From the NCBI GenBank assembly GCA_951406725.2, contig OX597819.1, positions 77,066,001 through 77,130,000 of the forward strand: a stretch of DNA of 64,000 nt. Reading direction: 5' to 3'. A model generated the notes under the pieces. It was given only the letters and a program-made list of their open reading frames with translations, did no database searches and had not been told where the DNA came from. Shown one piece after another: positions 11,647 to 24,033 of the stretch. Numbering within the stretch: the first letter of the stretch is position 1; the number at the start of each line of letters is the position of its first letter. A program made the position numbers and the translations under genes. The DNA is from Octopus vulgaris. Lineage: Eukaryota.

Positions 11647-12108
11647 AATACAGAGGATAGCTGCATAAAGAAGTGCTGGAGGGTACCAGTGGAAGGGGAA
11701 GTGGTGAGAAAGGATCTTGGGACACTTAGCCTCACTGCAGAAATGACAAGGGACCTGGAGATGTGGTGATTTACTGTACTTGATAAGATGTGTCAGGCTA
11801 AGTAAAATCATTGTCCTCCACTCATACAGGCTCATCCTTCCAGGTGCTCGTGCCATATAAAAGCACCTGTGTTGGTGCTGTATGAATGCACCTGTGCTGG
11901 TGCTGCATAAACACACCTGTGCCAGTGGCACATGAAAAGCACTCAGCAGACTCTGTTAAGTGGCTGGCATTAGAAACGGCATCCAGCTCTAGAAGCCATA
12001 CCACAACAGACAATTGGGGTCTGGACAGCTCCCAGCTAACCAGCTTCATGTCAAGCCATGCCAGCATGAAAAGTGGACACTAAACGATGATGATGATGAT
12101 GAGGATGA
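11647..12108 (+). mobile_element. 5'-truncated RTE-clade LINE: end of ORF, 3' UTR and (GAT)n tail
   Basis: 11653-11805 translates EDSCIKKCWRVPVEGEVVRKDLGTLSLTAEMTRDLEMW*FTVLDKMCQAK*, which resembles an RTE C-terminus with the GRP..W motif deleted. The tail is ...CATGCCAGCATGAAAAGTGGACACTAAAC(GAT)n. Confidence 0.78.
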
Positions 12109-12570
12109 CTCATTTGACTCTACAATTTGAGGAATATTAATTTTTGAATAAACTCAGAGAAAAGTATTTTGGTAAGAACCCTGCTACCCTATATATTCCT
12201 TGTTCTGGTTTAACCATTTGAGGATGTTAGAGAATAATTATCGTACTTGCTTCGAGCTTGATTTGAATTTTAAGAAATTAGAAACAAGTGTAAGGATTCC
12301 TGTAATTGGACTTGGTTGCCAAACCCACATTGTGGATAAAAAAAAACAAAAAAAAATGACCTGATTGTGTGTCCCCCACCATCACCCCATTGGTATGTTA
12401 AAACTGACTTCTAGATTAGATCATATGTTTATATTCTGTAATGCAGAACATTGGATTAATGTGGCATTAAAAATTTTTTTAAGTTGATGAGATCTATCTA
12501 GCTAAATATATTCTATACATATATACGTATGCACAACCATATATATGTATATATATATATATAATTCATC

Positions 12571-12880
12571 AGGTGCAGGTATGGCTGTGTAGTAAGATGT
12601 TTGCTTTCCAACTTCATGGTGAATTACCAGTGTGTGGTACCTTGGGCAAGTGTCTTTACTACAGCCTTAGGTCAACTGAAGTGAGTGGATTTGGTAAACA
12701 GAAACTGAAAGAAGCCTGTCATATGTGTGTGTGTGTGTGTGCGCACCATCCACCACTACCACTTGGCAACCAGTGTTGGTATGTTTATGTCCCTGTAACT
12801 TAGCAGGCTTAAAAAAAGAATGGGCAGTGATCGATCCATTTGACTAAAGTGCTTGAAGGCTGAAGCAGGTAAAAGATGTA
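12571..12880 (+). mobile_element. SINE family A, internally deleted
   Basis: Head, CCTTGGGCAAGTGTCTT and part of the tail are recognisable. Confidence 0.85.
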
Positions 12881-13279
12881 TATATTCAAGCTATTGGAAT
12901 GACCTCAATGCACATGTTGATTATGAATATACCTGTTTTGACAAAGGTATAGACATTGATTACAAATCACGAGAAGAGAAAAACTGGCCAATTAGTGCAA
13001 CAGTGTAATGACCTTCAGCTTAACGGCGTTGTTGATGATGCTGTATATCATTGAAATCACATTTATCAGAAAACTGATGTAATCATCAAATCTTTATAGC
13101 TTACATTCACTTGTGTAAATATTAACTCACCATGTGCACAAAGATTGAATGCAAATTTGAATCCAAATGAATGATTCTAAATTCTATACGTTGATGTTTT
13201 TTTGGGTTTTTTTATAACAAATGTTAGTGAAAAGCTTGGAGCTGTTGATATTGGTTTTTTTACTTTAACGATGTCAGCA

Positions 13280-14350
13280 TGCTACTTCCACCTGTTAATC
13301 CTGTTGTAATTATTTTGGATTATAATTGAGGTGAATCTTTTGACCTTTATTGACCAAGCAAATATCTGGAAAGATTTTTTTTTGTTTTTGTCATGGCTCG
13401 TAATTGTACCCAACTTTTTATTCTTGATGTGGATAAGGCAATAATAAAATGGATAGCTCCTTCTCAGATTATATTATTTATCTCCTTTTCTGGTGTTACT
13501 ATGAATATTTCTTCCTTTGACAATTGGCTAAAGAAGGAAGTCAGTTCTTCTTCTATCAATACTAATTTTGTAATTTGTCTGTTGGCATTTTCCCTTCTCT
13601 TTTAGTTGCATAGCATTATTTATTTACTTTTATATTTTATTAATTTACTTTATTTTATTTATTTATTTTTTTTTTGTGTGTGTGTAACTCCACATCCAAA
13701 TAGGCCCTTTATCAGCAACTCCAGAGGATTGAGATAAGCTTTTCTGTGAAAGCCTATCATTGAGAAAGCTATTATTGATTTGCTATGGAGCCCAATTGAC
13801 TGGCTGCAATGCTACAAATATTATTGACTTATATTACTTATTTACTTATACCTCTCATCCGTACATTTAGTTTCTATTTTCCATTGTAGTTGTTTGAATT
13901 TCTTTATTTAACATCATCCTAGCACATGTGTGGATACTTCAACATCCATAGCTCTTTAGATATTTCTCAACTAATCAATTATATGAAAATGGTTTAATGC
14001 CACCTTTTTCTTTTGTTTTTAATTTACTTTGTAATTTGAGTACATGCTCCATTTTTTACCCTTCTTTGAGTTTTCTCAAAACAAACGTATGCTTAATTTT
14101 TCTGAGTGCCATTAATCTCTTGTGGCAGATTGTGATATTGTGTTTGTTGCAGAAAATTATCTTGTTTATAATACCTGTCTTGTTTCCTTCATCAGATTCT
14201 TCAGTTGCCTTTACCACTTCATATAAAATCAAAGAACTTTCACCTTGTATATTTTGTTCTAGCATTCTTCAGTTGCTTTTATTCCTTTTGAAAACTATGA
14301 ACTCATCCAATTCACATACTCTCACGTCACTTTATTCACTGATTCGAATA
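13280..14350 (-). mobile_element. Possible heavily decayed LINE ORF remnant (R4/Dong-like?)
   Basis: A-rich on the minus strand. Broken peptides ID*LRNI*RAMDVEV, RMMLNK and DSPQL*SKII weakly resemble the region after the RT domain of R4/Dong elements. Many stops and frameshifts. Confidence 0.35.
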
Positions 14351-14854
14351 TACTATCCTCACTAGAGAGAAAGTTTAATCCTTAACTATTGTTTGATTTC
14401 TTTTTGTTGTTGCTTTTCTACTAATATTTTGTTGTTGCATTTTGATATAAAATGCATTAAGAATGACAAGAAGCAACAGTTTTGATATGTCAACACAGCT
14501 CTTAATCTTTGTTTCAACTCCCACACATACCATAGAATCTAAGCGTTGAAACTAAACAAGTATCTACATCAACACATCTGCTGGCAGCATGTTGTAGTTT
14601 TTGGATGGAAGAAAAAGAATTCTGCGCTTAGAATATCTTCTCATGAAGCAACCTGTATTATTGCATTTTAAAGAAAGCCTACAAGCCCTGTGTAGCTAAG
14701 GTAGTTAATGAAAACACTGTTTTCATTATTTGGTGTTAAAATAGAAAAATTGCTTGTGGTATTGAATTTGGTACTGAAATTGTTATTTTCATTCAAAAGA
14801 GAGTACTTGTTTAAGTTTGATACCGTGTTTTCCAGTATACAAGTTGACATATAA

Positions 14855-15340
14855 TCTTACTAAAATGGGCATTATGTCCGTCTGTCTGTTTGTTCCCTTT
14901 TCACTGTCAAATGGCTGGACCAATGGTCACAATGTTTTTCAAGATTACAAAGGAGGTAATCAGGAAGGTTTTTAGCAAAATAAAACAGACAAAAAAAAAA
15001 TGTGAAAAAGTATGGTTATTTAGTAGATGTTGAGTTTTGTATTGATAAATCACCTTTGATTTTTTTGTTAAAATTTTGGAGACGAGGATTAAGTCTGGAT
15101 CCCCCACCCCATATAGTTTGTGAATTTCGAGCATTTAGATTTGCGATACTATCCCTTTATTTATCATCATAGATGGCTAAATTTGCTATCTTACTATAAT
15201 GGGTGTTGTGTCCATCTGTTTGTCCGTCTGTTTGTTTCCGCTTCACAGCCAGACAGCTGGATCAATGGTTATGATATTTTTCAGAATTACAAAAACGGTC
15301 GTCAGGAACGATTTTAGAATTTAAAAATCAGAAAATATAA
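14855..15340 (+). mobile_element. Two tandem, diverged Helitron-like 5' segments
   Basis: A|TCTTACTA(A/T)AATGGG..., then GTCCGTCTGT..GTTT, GCTGGA.CAATGGT and GATTAC/AATTACAAA. Starts at 14855 and again at 15189. Confidence 0.6.
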
Positions 15341-16609
15341 TTATTTCGTGGATATTGATTTTTGAATTGATAAACCACCTTCAGATGTATGAAATGCCAC
15401 TGAATGTTTTGCCTTGCATACCAATGATTCTAGCAGCTCATCACCTTAATAATAATGATGATGATAATGATGATGATAATAATAATAATAATAGTAATAA
15501 TAATAAACAAACAGTTATGGTGGTAGTAGATCATCTTTCTTTGTACTGAGAAGTTGATGGGTCAGTAAAATTGTTTTGAGAACTATGCTTACCATAGTCA
15601 TGTCATTTTCCTTCAATATATCTTTTCTGCAATAACAAACTAAAAATTCTTGCTTTCCTCATCCACTTCCTTTTTCAATTACAGTTGATTGGCATTTTAC
15701 AAAAAAAGTTTTTGTTCATTCCGAAATGGCACACATGCAAGGAAGGTTACATACATACATTTGTACATACATACTTACATAAACACATATTTGTATGTGT
15801 GTATATGTATGCATATGTATGCAATTAAGATTTCCTTTTGTTATTTTAAAACATTCTGAAACAAGAAATTTTAGTTTTCAGTTAGCATTTTAGGTAAAAG
15901 TATTTCTTTTTATTAAACAGATTTTATTTTTTTTAAATGGCAATGTTAATAAAATTTTTCAGTTATTGTTTTCTTATCATCTTGTGTGTCAAAGTTTTAG
16001 GGTAGCCCATCCATCACTGCTCTTGCTTCTTCAGTTCAGGTGTTTAAATCTCTAACTGTTGACAGTGTAAGAACAGATTAAATTACCTATGCATTAGATC
16101 CTGTATCTTAATTGTACTATGTGTCTTTCAGAATCTGTTACATTGGTAAACCTCCTCCAAGTGCTTTATGAGAGATGTTATTTGGAAATAACATCAGGAG
16201 CTGAAATAGCAACAAAACTTTCGTTTTTTTTTTTCTTCTTCTTCTTGATACTTCTCTCTTCTCCTCTAACCAAACATGTTATCTGCTGGCTACCAGGTGT
16301 TTTTCAGCTGGGATTATATAATGAAATAATTTTAGATTAGAAGTAACAGTTTTCTTTCAAAATCTGTTCAGGGTTCCTACCACCTATTCATTTAGAAATG
16401 TTGCCTGACAAAGCTTAGGAAAAAAAAAAGAAATTCTTGAATTATTCTATTATTAGTTTTCTTTTTAGAATCTGAGGCTTTTTAAGTAGAGACACAAAAA
16501 TAAGAGTTGAATAAGTGGTTTGTAGTTCAAGTGACATCTGTTTCACTAGTATTGTTTTTCAAGGCATCAAATGTCTTTTGGTTGCTGTGATTTCATTAAG
16601 CATCACATT

Positions 16610-16998
16610 TCATCATCATTTAACATCTACTTTTCTATGCTTCATGGGTCAGGCAGAAGTTTTTTTAGGTGAATTTCTTATGGCCTGATGCTTTTCCTGT
16701 CACCTACCCTCACTTGCTGGTAAAGTAATATTTCTCCATAACCAGACACGTTTTCCTAGAAAATTAAGAAGAGAAGGGTGCTGCTTGCATGATAGTGACA
16801 TTCATTTACAACTATCACACACATATATATGATGAGCTTTTTTCAGTTTCTGTCTACCAGATCTACTTACCTGCTTTGTTCAACCTGAAGCTGAAGTAGA
16901 AGATACTTGCTCAAGTTATGCAGTTGGACTGAACCTAGAACCATGTGGTTGCCATGTGGTTGGGTACCAAACTTCTTACCACACAGCCATGTCTGTGC
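16610..16998 (-). mobile_element. SINE subfamily A2
   Basis: Same head-plus-tail layout as 10110-10533. Confidence 0.8.
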
Positions 16999-17539
16999 TA
17001 CATATCTTTAATCATTTTGAATGTCTTACACATAATTTACTTGAAGACATTTTTGAAGTCATGTATAAAACCCATCTTTGATGGAATTCTTTACTAAGTA
17101 GCTGTAAATTTGATATTATTTGTTAACTATAGGCTCTCTTCAAGCCAAAAAGAATTTTTAATCAGTTAAAATTACACCTCCACTGAGAAGAAAGATTATT
17201 AGCATTAATGGTAAAAGAAAGTGAAACAGAAGACTCTGGGTTTTAAGTTGATTAAAAATCAAATAGAATAGCTTGCTAACCAGTAAATCGTGCATAGCAG
17301 GTGAGTAAGTGTTTGGAAATTTGATTGGGATTTAGTTATGCTGTTTGTTGTTATTTCACTTCATTTAATTTTTTTTATAACCACATTTCTAATAAAGCAG
17401 TTTGTGAATTTCTATTAATTTCGGGGGGATTTAGTAGATTGATCAATTTCTACAGTTATTTCTGGTTAATGCTGGTATTTAGAACATAAAAGGTTTTTAT
17501 GTAAAATTATGTTTGGAAATTCTTTTATTTTTATTTTTT

Positions 17540-17732
17540 TTTCTTGTTTCAGTCATTTGACTGCGACCATGCTGGGGCACCATCTTGAAGAATTTTAGTT
17601 GATTGAATTGACTCCAATACTTTTTAGTTTTTAAGCTTCGTGCTTACTCTGTCAGTCTCTTTTGTCAAACCACTAAGTTATGGGGATGTAAACGCACTAA
17701 AACTGGTTGTCAAGTTGCGGTGGGGGACAAAC
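17540..17732 (-). mobile_element. SINE family A, 3' half
   Basis: CTTGTTTCAGTCATTTGACTGCGACCATGCTGGGGCACC...GTGGGGGACAAACA. Confidence 0.88.
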
Positions 17733-17745
17733 ATCTTGGGCATCT

Positions 17746-18110
17746 ATGTGGCACCTTGGGCAAGTGTCTTCTACTATTGTGTCAGGCTGCCCAAAGCCTT
17801 GTGAGAGGATTTGGTAAACAGAAACTGAAAGAAGCCCATTGTGTGTGTGTGTGTATATATATGTGTGTGTGTGTGTATTTGAGTGTATGAGTATGTCTTT
17901 GTGTCTGTGTTTGAACCCCACTACTGCTTGAGAACTGGTGTTGGTGTGTTTATGTCCCTGTAACGTAGCTGTTTGACAAAAGATATCAATGAAATAAGTA
18001 CCAAGCTTTAAAGAAATGTACTGGGATCAATTTGTTTGACTAAAATTCTTCAGGGCAATTTTCCCAGCATGGCCACACTCCCTTCACAGATACAAATAAA
18101 AGGTACAAAA
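17746..18110 (+). mobile_element. SINE family A, 5'-truncated
   Basis: GTGGCACCTTGGGCAAGTGTCTTC through CCCAGCATGGCCAC. Confidence 0.9.
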
Positions 18111-20118
18111 TAGATGTAAAAATATGAATAGGAGAAAATAGTTTCAGCAAACAAGCTTTATTGCATAGTACTACTATTGTTTCATCACTACTATACTAAC
18201 AGGTTATTGCCAAAACCTTAATATATGCAATATAAAATAACACATCGTGTCATTTTTATTATTCCAGTAATACTGGTCTGTTATGAATCTTCAGGTATCA
18301 ACACAAAAAGAGCCTTCTAAATGAGAATTCTATTCTGTAGGCTGTATGCTAAGGCCTTCCTTGAACAGCTTTTCATTCCTACATTGCAAACTATTTGATT
18401 TAATCAAAGACCATCCCTGAATTGACACATACAAATTCAACAGCAACAGCTACAACAGATGTTTCAAAGCTTGTTCCTCTGCTAGAATAGGGATAACCCT
18501 GTCAATCTCATGAGAATCTTCTGTCCAGTAGTGTCCTTTTTTTTTGAGGTTGTATTTTACAGCTGATTGTCTCCCCTGTTACCAATCATTTAATTGTTTC
18601 TTATGGCATGCTTTAAGATGACATACCTATTTTAAAGCCAAGGTACATATAGAAATAAATTGGCAATTATGAGATAGAGAGAGAGGGAGTTAATGACATT
18701 TGACATTGTAATTATTAATTTGAGCCAGAAGAGGGAAAGAGGCCCACGAACGAGACTCAGAGCACGTATCTACCGTTTTCTCGGTGACTGAATTGCCTTA
18801 TTACACACTACAGAATGCCTGATTATTCTTTGTTAATGCTGTGTGTGTATGTGTATAATAAGTTAAAGAAACTTGCTGAAATGTAAAATAATGTACTTTT
18901 ATTGACAATGATATTTTAGCTATGGATTCTATTTTTTTTCGTCTATAACATTGATATGACACCAGGTCAAGGTAACATTGCATTAATGGTCAGAATTGGA
19001 TTCCACTATTTTATCAGGACTGCAATTCAACATTTCCATATTATTGGTTGCATTTAAAGTAGATTATTAGCTCTGCTTTCACATTAGAATTTTTCTACTC
19101 CTTTTAGTTTTCTTTCATTTTCCTTCTTTTTTTTTTCTTGTTTCTGTTGCAATTATTATTATTATTTTTTTTTTTACATTTGCCTTTCTTGTTGACATAT
19201 TGAATATGCATAAACGTTGTCAAATGCCTTCCACATTTTTTGTATTTATACGTGTATTATTTTTGCCTTTTATTTTTTTCAATTTAATACCGTACATCAA
19301 GCTTGAGTAAAGCGAGCGATACTTTCAGTTCTGGCGTTTACTTATGGAAACTAAGCTAAACTATCATTTCAAAGTAATAATTGCACAGCAGTTCAGTTGC
19401 TGCAAAGTTGGATGTTTGGACCTGCTGGCTACATTTAGAGCTGTTTTCTTTTTTATTTATCTTTTCTTTTCCCATTTTGTTCTCTTCTTTTCCTTCCTTA
19501 TTAGTATTTTTTATTTTTTCTCTTTCTTTCTTTTCAGTATTGAGTTTTTATATTCAATTTAGAAGATGAAATAGAAAAAATTTGCTCAGATAATAGAAGC
19601 GCAGCATGGTTTATTTTTTCTGAAGGTTTAAGGAAATTTCTCAGAGTTAAAGTACTGTATTGTATGAAATCTAGAAAAAAAAAAATTGGAAAAATAGTTA
19701 AGGAAATTTACTGAGTATAATAATATTAATAGATGTAATATTTTATCTCAAAAGAGAAGGAAAATAATAACCTATCTAATTTTACATTATTCTACAGTAT
19801 TTTTGGTAAATTTTTGAATAATTCTCTGAGATATTATTTCAAATATTGCCTTTTTTAAGTGAACAAAAATAACTTAGTAGTAGTAATGATAGTAATAATA
19901 ATAATGATAATAAGAATAATGATAATAAGAAAAAAGATAAGAAAGATATTGTTCAACTAGATATTAAAAAGCCAATTTTGTTGGATGGCGAGTGTAGTTA
20001 ACTAAATCAACACTTGTACTTAATTTGACTTTTATCTTTTGTAATATGATATAATAGATATTTGCTCTATCATTTGCCCCACCTTCATTGGTGTGTGTGT
20101 ATGTATGTGTGTGTGTAT

Positions 20119-21350
20119 GTGCAAGCATGGCTGTGTGGTCGAGAAGTTTGCTTCACAACCATGTGGTTTTGGTTATTCAACTGAACGATACCTTGGACTA
20201 GTGTTTTCTTCTATCATAGCCTTATACTGAATAGTGCCTTCATCATCATCATCATTTAACATCCATGTTCCATACTGGCATGGGCTGGATGGTTTACAGG
20301 AGCTGGTTAGACGAGAGGTGGGGGCACACCAGTCTCTATTGTCTGTTCCGGCATGGTTTCTATGGGAGATGTCCTTCCTGATGCAACCATTTTACAGAGT
20401 GTACTGTCAGCTTTTTATGTGGCACTAACACCAGCGCTTTTAACAAGGCCTTCATTATTATCATCAGCATCAGTATTATTTAATGTCTGTTTCCCATGCC
20501 GGCACAGATTATATGGTTTGATGGGAGCTGACAAACCAGAGGACTATGCCAAGATCAAATGTCTGCTTCAGCATGATTTCCATATCTGGATGTCTTTCCT
20601 AACGTTATATCCTTGTTAGTGAAATATCATATTTGTAACCTGTGTGAAGATTGTCCAACATGCGTGTGTGTATGTGTGCGCACGTGCGCTGAATTGCTTT
20701 AGTAATGAACTTAGTGGATCTAAGTCAGAATATAACTGTCTGTCGATATTTGTTTCCACTTGTGTCCACTCATAGCATCATCATCATAATTTTGTGTCTG
20801 CGTTTTTTTTTTCCAAGCTTGCATGGGTTGGACATGACTTAGCAGAGTGGTATTCTCCAGGCAGATGCCCATCCTAAAACCAGTCGTTATTTGTTTTGCA
20901 AGTAAGGTATTTTTATTCCATTGGTCTTCACACATTGACCATGCTAAAACCACTGAGCTACATGGCATATTGTTTATGGGAAACATAACGAAGTACAGTT
21001 TCAACTCAGTGTCAGTGTGAAAATACAAGGGAACATAAGCATGTGCATGCAAGCAAACAAACTCACAGGCACTCTCACTCTCTAAAACAGTCACATTTCA
21101 CTTACATTGTAAGGTGGTTGGCATTAGGAAGAGCATCCGGCCATAGAGAACATACCAAGGCTGATACTGGAGCTCAAGGCAGCTCTGGATCCTATCAAAC
21201 CATCCAACTTTGTTGGCATTGAAAAGAAACATTAAATAATGATGGTGATGATGATGAAGGCATTGGCTGGCCTGAGACTATTGTAGAAGATACTGCCTCA
21301 AGGTGCCACTCAGTAGAATGGAACCTGGAACCATGAAGCAAACTTTGCAA
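20119..21350. mobile_element. Cluster of SINE A and RTE-tail fragments in both orientations
   Basis: A head on + at 20119. RTE-type tails on - at about 20236, 20455 and 20775, and on + at 21105-21255. A head on - at 21258-21350. Confidence 0.75.
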
Positions 21351-21685
21351 CTAATTGCTTCATATACTCTTGAAAGCATTGTGTGAGCATATAGTACTGT
21401 AGTAATCAGGAATACGGTTAGCCATTCCACCATTCCAGATTTCTAATCTATCGGCTGCTTCTTAAATTTTTTCTTTGATGTTGCTTCATCTACCTTTGAA
21501 AATAAAGCTTTTACTTGCATTGTCCGAATTCTATTGTTGAAAGTTTCATATTGACATTTATTCTTTATTGAGATTTAATCCTTTGTTAATTAAGATAGAA
21601 ACTTTATTACAGAGATGAATTGGCCCAACATTTTATTATCATTATTATTATTGTTATTATTATCGTTGTTTTTGTTGTTGTTGCT

Positions 21686-22023
21686 AAAGGTGATGAATTG
21701 TTAGTGCTGGACAAAATGCTTTGCTGAATTTTATTTTGGCTCTTTCTATTCTGAGTTCAGGGATGATGAAATAAAGTCTGAACTAGCACTGGAGTTGATG
21801 GTATCAACTAACCCCTCAGAATTGCTGGCATTGTGCCTAAGTTAGAAATAATAATGATGATGATGACGACAATAATAATAATCCTTTCTACTGGAGGCAC
21901 AAGGCCTCAAATTTGGTGGGCAGGGACTAGTTGATTATATCAACCCCAGTGTTTCACTGGTACTTAATTTATTGACCCCGAAAGGTTCAAAGGCAAAGTC
22001 AGCCTCAGCGGAATTTGAACTCA
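21686..22023. mobile_element. Tail-to-tail inverted pair of SINE B copies
   Basis: A decayed + copy at about 21686-21850 and a - copy at about 21871-22023, separated by (AAT)/(GAT) repeats. Confidence 0.8.
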
Positions 22024-22605
22024 ATAATATTATGCAATATGAAAGCCAAAATTAATTATATCTTTCTGAAATTTCTGAAGCAATGATTCTGTGAAGTTAA
22101 ATTACTTTAGTTTAACTTATTGTAAATACAGAAAAAAATTATGCTGGAAGTTAAATGCTTCAGGATCCAATTTCTATAGCATATTAGTATTTACTAGTAT
22201 GCTTTAGTAATTGGGTCCCGGAGATTCACAATGACTGAATAGATATAGTATCGAGCTCTGCCCTCATGAATTTCTGTGATTTTGTCTTGTTTCTGCCCAT
22301 ATATTACTATTATGTAGCACTGTGAGTAAGGTACTGACTCAACTCTTGTGGCTCTATTGCTATTGGAAAGTGAGAAAGACATTTAATCATGGATCACAAA
22401 GCTTGCCACTTATGTGGATGTGTTTCTTCTCTCTCTCTTTCTTTCTTTATCTTGAGTGTGATTGTGTTTAATGAATATTCCATCCCAGAAATGTGAATAG
22501 TACTCAAGTATCAGATATTTTTTGTAAAGAACTATCAGCTATTCAAGGCTGAAGTTTTACAAACTCTGAAAAATACTAGACATTTGTTAATAAATTTTTG
22601 CCTAC

Positions 22606-22836
22606 CTGAAGGGTATAGGGTTATCCTATCTGAAGAGTATAGGGTTTGTCCCATCTGAAGGATATAGGGTTGTCCCGTCTGAAGGGTATAGGGTTGTCCC
22701 GTCTGAAGGGCATTGGGTTGTCCCGTCTGAAGGGCATAGGGTTGTCCCGTCTGAAGGGCATAGGGTTGTCCCGTCTGAAGGGCATAGGGTTGTCCCGTCT
22801 GAAGGGCATAGGGTTGTCCTATCTGAAGGGATTAGG
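22606..22836. repeat. 24-bp minisatellite, 9 units plus a partial unit; consensus CTGAAGGGCATAGGGTTGTCCCGT
   Basis: Units start at 22606, 22630, 22655, 22679, 22703, 22727, 22751, 22775 and 22799, with a partial unit at 22823. Confidence 0.97.
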
Positions 22837-23807
22837 TTGATGAAAGTGCTTGGTGTCTGTGAGGGAATCATATGTAAGTAATATCTATGCTTATCATGGG
22901 ATAATAATGCTCAAAATTTTACCTTTTTTATTTTTTGCATGAGATTAGTTACCATTCTTCTTAATTTTAAAAATATTTAAAAATTAGAACATATATTCAA
23001 TATTAACTGGAATAGTTAAAGAGTTAAGTGCTTGAGGGTTTAAATTTCGTCTACTGAAACTTGGTTTATGGTTGCGATATTTTTATGTGTAAGAGAGAGG
23101 ACTCATAAATATTTCTTTACTTTCTATATCTTTTTATCATTAATTACCAGCTTAATGATGATGGTTTTATCTATCTTTTAGTGTAGTATATAAGAATCTA
23201 ATTAATTAAGAAATGAAGAAAAAGTACTAATTACAGGAGCCTCAAGGCATCTCTAGTTTTAATTGCAAGAAAACATCTGAGCAACGTTTTTCCTGAAGAT
23301 AGTATATTTTTCATAGAATATATTCTATCTTACACATGGAAGGTAAATAAAAGTAACGGAGAAAGATGGGAGCCTGTATAAGTTTCTTTACTTGATAAAA
23401 ATAGCCACCAGATATCCCACAAATAATATCCTGCCAACTTGAATAATGAGGTCTTAGATATGAAATCTCCCAAAGAAATGCCAAGCAAGGGACAAGACAT
23501 GGGATAATCAAGACTGGAATACCTTTGATCATTGGTGTGCTGAATCAGGGTTAAAATAAAACAAAGGCATGTTGAAACAAATATCTATAGTTTCTTTGTG
23601 TTGTTTATCATCAGCTATAGATATTATTCCTTTCTGTTAGTTTAAAAAAAGGAAAGAAGTAGGAAGTGTGACTTTCATTCTTTTTCTGTGTACAATCAGT
23701 GAAGCATATTGTTTCCGGTGAGGCTAAAAATCTAGATCTTCCTTTTACTGTTTAGTGGACATCACACCTATATTGTTATTTTAGTTGTCTAATCCTAAGT
23801 TAGTACT

Positions 23808-24033
23808 GTCTTGAGCCCTATGACTCATAGGGCCAGTTAGCCACTATCACAACATTCCCCCTGGATCGGGTGCCAGTCTATCACCGAGTTACTCATTTAC
23901 AGCTCAGTTGACTGGAGTAATGAGAAATGAAGTGTTTTGCTCAAGAACACAATGCACTGCTCAGTCCAGGAGTCAAAACCATAATCTTGTGAGGGTATGT
24001 GTGCAACACCCTAACCAATAGGTCATGTGCCTT
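23808..24033 (-). mobile_element. SINE related to family C
   Basis: The reverse complement has TGGTTAGGGTGTTGCAC...TTGTGTTCTTGAGCAAAACACTTCATTTC. Confidence 0.75.

Noticed and set aside
22606-22836. CRISPR array or repeat-protein gene
   Set aside because: Units abut with no unique spacers, there are no cas genes, and the context is eukaryotic. The ORFs arise only because the stop-free unit is 24 bp.
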